Shown here one piece after another: positions 46,546 to 51,549 of a stretch of DNA of 51,549 nt (its first letter is position 1; every line of letters begins with the position of its first letter). The position numbers and the translations under genes are program-made. The stretch comes from Circinaria calcarea (lineage: Eukaryota), in contig JAVECS010000008.1 in NCBI GenBank assembly GCA_051942165.1, positions 1 through 51,549 on the forward strand. The letters are read 5' to 3'. Under the pieces are notes generated by a model. It saw only the letters and a program-made list of their open reading frames with translations. It was not told the origin of the DNA and did not search any database.

Positions 46546-49500
46546 ATGGCGCACAACTACGATGTCGGAACACGAGCATGGCAGCCTGATGCTACGGAGG
46601 GATGGGTTGCTTCCGAAGTGGTCCAGAAGAAAATCGAAGGTGATAAGGTCAAGCTAGTCTTTCATCTGGAAAATGGCGAGGTGAGGTGTAGGAACCCCCT
46701 ATCGAAATGAAGGATCTAACCGCATTGTGATCATAGACCAGAGTGGTACAGACAACACTGGCTCTTCTCCAGTCCGACAACACCGAGTCTTTGCCCCCCT
46801 TAATGAATCCTGCTATGCTGGAGGCCAGTGACGATCTGACCAATCTGTCCCATCTCAATGAACCGGCAGGTCTGCTTCTCAACAACCGGCGTTATAGGCA
46901 GGTCGGCTAATTGATCTCAGTCCTCCAAGCCATTAAGCTCCGGTACTTACAAAAGGAAATCTACACGTACAGCGGGATTGTTCTCATTGCGACCAACCCC
47001 TTCGCCCGGGTGGATTCACTCTACGTACCCGGTATGGTCCAAGTGTACGCTGGTAAACAGCGTTCCTCGCAGGCGCCCCATCTATTCGCTATAGCAGAGG
47101 AAGCTTTCATGTAGGGCAATACGTCGATAAAGTATGTTATCTCTAGCTCACAAGACGCAGGGATATGCTACGGGACAACCACAACCAGACGATCGTTGTC
47201 TCGGGCGAATCTGGAGCCGGCAAGACCGTTAGTGCGAAGTACATAATGAGATACTTTGCCACAAGAGAGTCTCCAGATCAGCCGGGTAAGCGGGCTAAGG
47301 GGATTGCAGACGCCATGAGTGAAACCGAAGAACAGATCCTGGCCACCAATCCAATAATGGAAGCGTTTGGAAATGCGAAAACTACGCGAAATGACAATTC
47401 GTCAAGGTTTGGGAAGTACATTGAGATAATGTTTGATAAGAAGATGGAAATTACAGGAGCTAGGATACGAACATATCTGCTGGAGCGATCGAGATTAGTT
47501 TTTCAGCCTTTGAAGGAACGAAATTACCACATTTTCTATCAGCTGGTTGCTGGAGCCACCAACATGGAGCGAGAAGAGCTCGGACTAATTCCAGTGGAAC
47601 ATTTCGATTATCTCAACCAGGGTGGCTCTCCGGCTATTGACGGAGTAGACGATGGAGCCGAGTTTGATGCTACCAAACGGTCGCTCGCCACCGTCGGCGT
47701 CGATGTCACCCATCAAAGGGAGATATTCCGAATACTTGCTGCCCTACTTCACTTGGGAAACGTGAAAATCACAGCCACTCGGACTGATTCTCTCCTATCC
47801 TCCAGCGAGCCTTCTCTTTCCCGCGCGTGTCAGATGCTTGGCATTGATGCCGCGGAATTTGCCAAATGGACTGTGAAGAAGCAACTCATTACGCGAGGTG
47901 AAAAAATCACGTCAAATCTGACCCAGCAGCAGGCAATAGTCGTCCGAGATTCCGTTGCAAAATTCATATACTCCAGTCTTTTCGATTGGCTGGTTGAGAC
48001 CATCAATTACAGTTTAGCGACAGAGCAAATCATCAGCCAGGCCAACTCGTTTATCGGAGTGCTCGATATTTACGGGTTCGAACATTTTGCCAAGAACTCC
48101 TTTGAGCAGTTTTGCATCAACTACGCCAATGAGAAACTCCAACAAGAATTCAATCAGCATGTGTTCAAATTAGAGCAGGAAGAGTATATGAGAGAGCAGA
48201 TCAATTGGACTTTTATCAATTTTTCAGACAATCAGCCTTGTATCGACCTGATCGAGGGAAAGCTTGGTGTTCTTTCTTTGCTGGATGAGGAATCTCGACT
48301 ACCAATGGGATCCGACGAGCAGTTTGTCACAAAGCTGCATCACAACTTCGCGGCCGATAAGCAGAAATTCTATAAAAAACCCCGCTTCGGAAAATCTGCC
48401 TTTACCGTTTGTCACTATGCTACCGATGTTACATATGAATCAGATGGGTTCATTGAGAAGAATAGAGATACTGTACCCGATGAGCACATGGAGGTGCTGC
48501 GCCTTACCAAAAACGCCTTCTTAGGCGAAGTACTTGAGTCGGCATCTGTAGTACGCGAGAAAGACGCTGCTGCATCAGCCAACGCAAAAGCAGCGGCAGC
48601 TCCGGGCAGAAAACTGGGAGTAGCCGCGAATCGGAAGCCGACGTTGGGCGGTATCTTTAAATCGTCCCTTATTGAGCTGATGCAGACCATAAACTCGACA
48701 GACGTGCATTACATACGTTGTATCAAACCCAATGAAGCCAAAGAAGCTTGGAAGTTTGAAGGTCCTATGGTTCTGAGCCAGTTACGTGCTTGTGGTGTGC
48801 TTGAAACTGTTAGGATTAGCTGTGCCGGGTATCCTACGAGATGGACGTTCGAAGAATTTGCGCTGAGATACTACATGTTGATTCCTTCAGTTAGCTGGAC
48901 GTCGGAGATCCGGGAAATGGCAAACCTGATACTCACGAAGGCCTTGGGCCAAGGAAATAATAAGGAACTCGACAAGTATCAACTAGGTCTCACAAAAATC
49001 TTTTTCCGGGCTGGCATGCTGGCATTCTTGGAAAACCTCCGAACAACAAGACTCAACGAATGCGCCATCATGATTCAGAAGAATTTACGCTGTAAATATT
49101 ATCGAAAAAAATACCTCGACGCAAGAAGGTCCATCATGCTTTTCCAAGCCCGATCGCGTGGTCACCAAGCTCGCTGCCGTGCCGACGAGGTGCGAAAGGT
49201 CAATGCTGCAACAAAAATCCAGACACTATGGCGCGGACAGAAAGAGCGAAAGAAGTTTAACAGGATCCGCAACGACATTATTCTACTTCAGGCGGTGACC
49301 AAAGGTTATCTCTGCCGAAGAAAAATCATGGACACTAGGATTGGAAACGCTGCGAAGATAATACAAAGGACTTGGCGATCACGTCGACAGATGCGGTCTT
49401 GGAGACAATACCGTAAGAAAATCATTATCATCCAAAGCCTATGGAGAGGAAAGACAACACGCCGACAGTACAAAACCTTAAGAGAAGAAGCGCGCGATCT

Positions 49501-51549
49501 GAAACAGATATCGTATAAACTCGAAAACAAAGTCGTAGAACTGACACAGTCTCTTGGATCACTAAAGCGCGAGAACAAGGCACTAGCCAGCCAAGTCGAA
49601 AACTATGAGAATCAACTAAAATCCTGGAGAAATAGACACAATGCGCTTGAAAGCAGGTCAAAGGAGCTTCAGGTGGAAGCTAATCAGGCCGGTATCACGG
49701 CAGCTCGCCTCACCGCCATGGAAGTAGAGATGGCTCGGTTACAACAAACGTATGATGATTCGGCAGCTAATGTCAAACGGCTCCAAGAAGAGGAAAGAGT
49801 TCTCCAAGAGTCTCTGAGAGTCAGCGATAATGAACTTAAGAAGGTAAGGCAAGTTAGTTTAGGACATGAAAGTGAGAAGTTGTCTCTACGACAGCAGCTC
49901 GTAGAACTTCAAGATCAGCTCGAACTTGCCAGGAAAGCAGTTCCGCTCAACGGCGAGCTTACGAATGGCCATGCCACTCAGCCGGCGGTTGCCAATGGAT
50001 TAATCAACCTCGTGTCGTCGAAGAAGCCAAAACGGCGAAGTGCAGGAGCCGAAAGAAATGAGGCAGACCGTTTCAGCACTGCCTATAACCCTCGCCCAGC
50101 GTCCATGGCTGTCACAGGGCCTAACGCTTACCGTCAGAACCTATCAGGTTCCACCCTTAGCCCTGTGTTGGATAATGTGGAATATGAGCTTGAGAATCTC
50201 TTATCCGACGAGGAGGGCCTCAACGAAGAAGTCACCCTGGGACTCATAAAGAATTTGAAAATCCCTGCTCCTGGATCAACACCTGCTCCAAGCGACAAAG
50301 ATGTTTTGTTTCCCGCCTATCTGATTAATCTTGTCACCTCGGAAATGTGGAACAATGGATTTGTGAAAGAGTCTGAACGCTTTCTTGCCAACATCATGCA
50401 GTCCATTCAGCAGGAAGTTATGCAGCATGATGGGGAGGAAGCTGTAAATCCTGGCGCTTTCTGGCTCTCGAACGTTCATGAAATGCTTTCGTTCGTATTC
50501 CTTGCAGAAGACTGGTATGAGGCTCAAAAGACGGACAATTACGAGTATGACCGTCTCCTCGAGATAGTGAAGCACGACTTGGAAAGCCTAGAGTTTAATA
50601 TATACCACACATGGATGAAGGTATTAAAGAAGAAGCTGCAAAAGATGATTGTGCCAGCCATCATCGAATCCCAATCTTTACCGGGCTTCGTCACGAATGA
50701 GAGCAATAGGTTCCTAGGAAAGCTCCTGCAAACGAACAGCACCCCTGCCTATAGCATGGATAACCTTTTAAGCCTCCTCAACAACGTCTTCAAGGCGATG
50801 AAAGCATATTATCTGGAAGACTCAATCATCTTTCAAACAGTCACCGAGCTTTTACGGCTTGTAGGTGTCACGGCCTTCAACGATTTGCTAATGCGCCGGA
50901 ACTTTCTCTCTTGGAAGCGCGGTCTGCAGATCAACTATAACATCACTAGAATAGAGGAATGGTGCAAGAGTCACGATATGCCGGAAGGAACGTTGCAGCT
51001 AGAGCATTTGATGGTGTGTCTGACTCCTTCACAACAACTGATACTCAGCTGACGATCAAAAGCAAGCGACAAAACTACTACAGCTGAAGAAGGCTACTCT
51101 GAACGATATCGAGATCATTCAAGATATTTGCTGGATGTAAGTTATCTCGTCTCGTTTAGAGTGTGTTCCGAGTTAATCGATGTGCTTTCAGGCTTTCGCC
51201 GAACCAAATTCAAAAGCTTTTGAATCAGTACCTTGTCGCGGATTATGAGCAGCCGATCAATGGTGAAATCATGAAGGCGGTTGCCTCTCGGGTTACCGAG
51301 AAGAGTGATGTTCTTCTCCTTACCGCCGTGGATATGGAGGACAGCGGACCTTACGAGATCGCCGAGCCACGGGTGATTACCGCGTTGGAGACATACACCC
51401 CGTCATGGCTGCAGACGCCCCGGCTCAAGCGCCTTGCCGAGATCGTATCGGCGCAAGCGATGGCGCAGCAGGAGAAACTTGAATTCGAGATCCCAAGCCA
51501 TGATCCGAATGGGGAGTCTGACTTCCTCGTCCACGATGTTGACGTATAA
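46546..51549 (+). CDS. MYO2: Class V myosin heavy chain (Myo2/MyoE), 6 exons
   Basis: MAHNYDVGTRAWQPD, P-loop GESGAGKT, NDNSSRFGK, DIYGFE, IQ repeats, a coiled coil and a DIL domain (LQINYNITRIEEWC). The stop TAA is at the window end. Confidence 0.97.

Noticed and set aside
1..51549. Transposons, Starship elements, CRISPR arrays, tRNA or rRNA genes
   Set aside because: I saw no transposase, reverse transcriptase or tyrosine-recombinase motifs, long terminal repeats, spaced repeats or tRNA cloverleaf signatures by eye.

Overview
Gene-dense, intron-rich genomic DNA of a filamentous ascomycete (Pezizomycotina). The calcineurin B N-terminus looks Eurotiomycete/Lecanoromycete-like, but this is an inference. 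I could model 22 protein-coding genes, mostly housekeeping: MRPS9, eEF1B-gamma, CNB1, EPL1, a SET lysine methyltransferase, KAE1, a Snf1 beta subunit, BUD31, NDUFA6, RPC19, RRP36, an FCP1-like HAD protein, a forkhead factor, BUR1, NDUFB2, a CMAS-family methyltransferase, a P5B ATPase, NAP1, SER3, myosin V and two uncharacterised genes. An snR38-type C/D snoRNA sits in an eEF1B-gamma intron. NDUFA6, RPC19 and NDUFB2 are not in the ORF track and were recovered by manual splicing. I saw no transposon, tRNA, rRNA or secondary-metabolite cluster. Three signals stand out. (1) A methyltransferase gene appears to need an AT-AC intron, a weak GC-AG intron and a GAG acceptor. (2) An in-frame TAG separates BUR1 from an intact RSRSP...RDRDLYRR tail, suggesting readthrough, A-to-I editing, a nonsense allele or a sequencing error. 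(3) An uncharacterised protein has MAPK docking motifs and resembles Dig1. All gene models are manual and lack transcript support.
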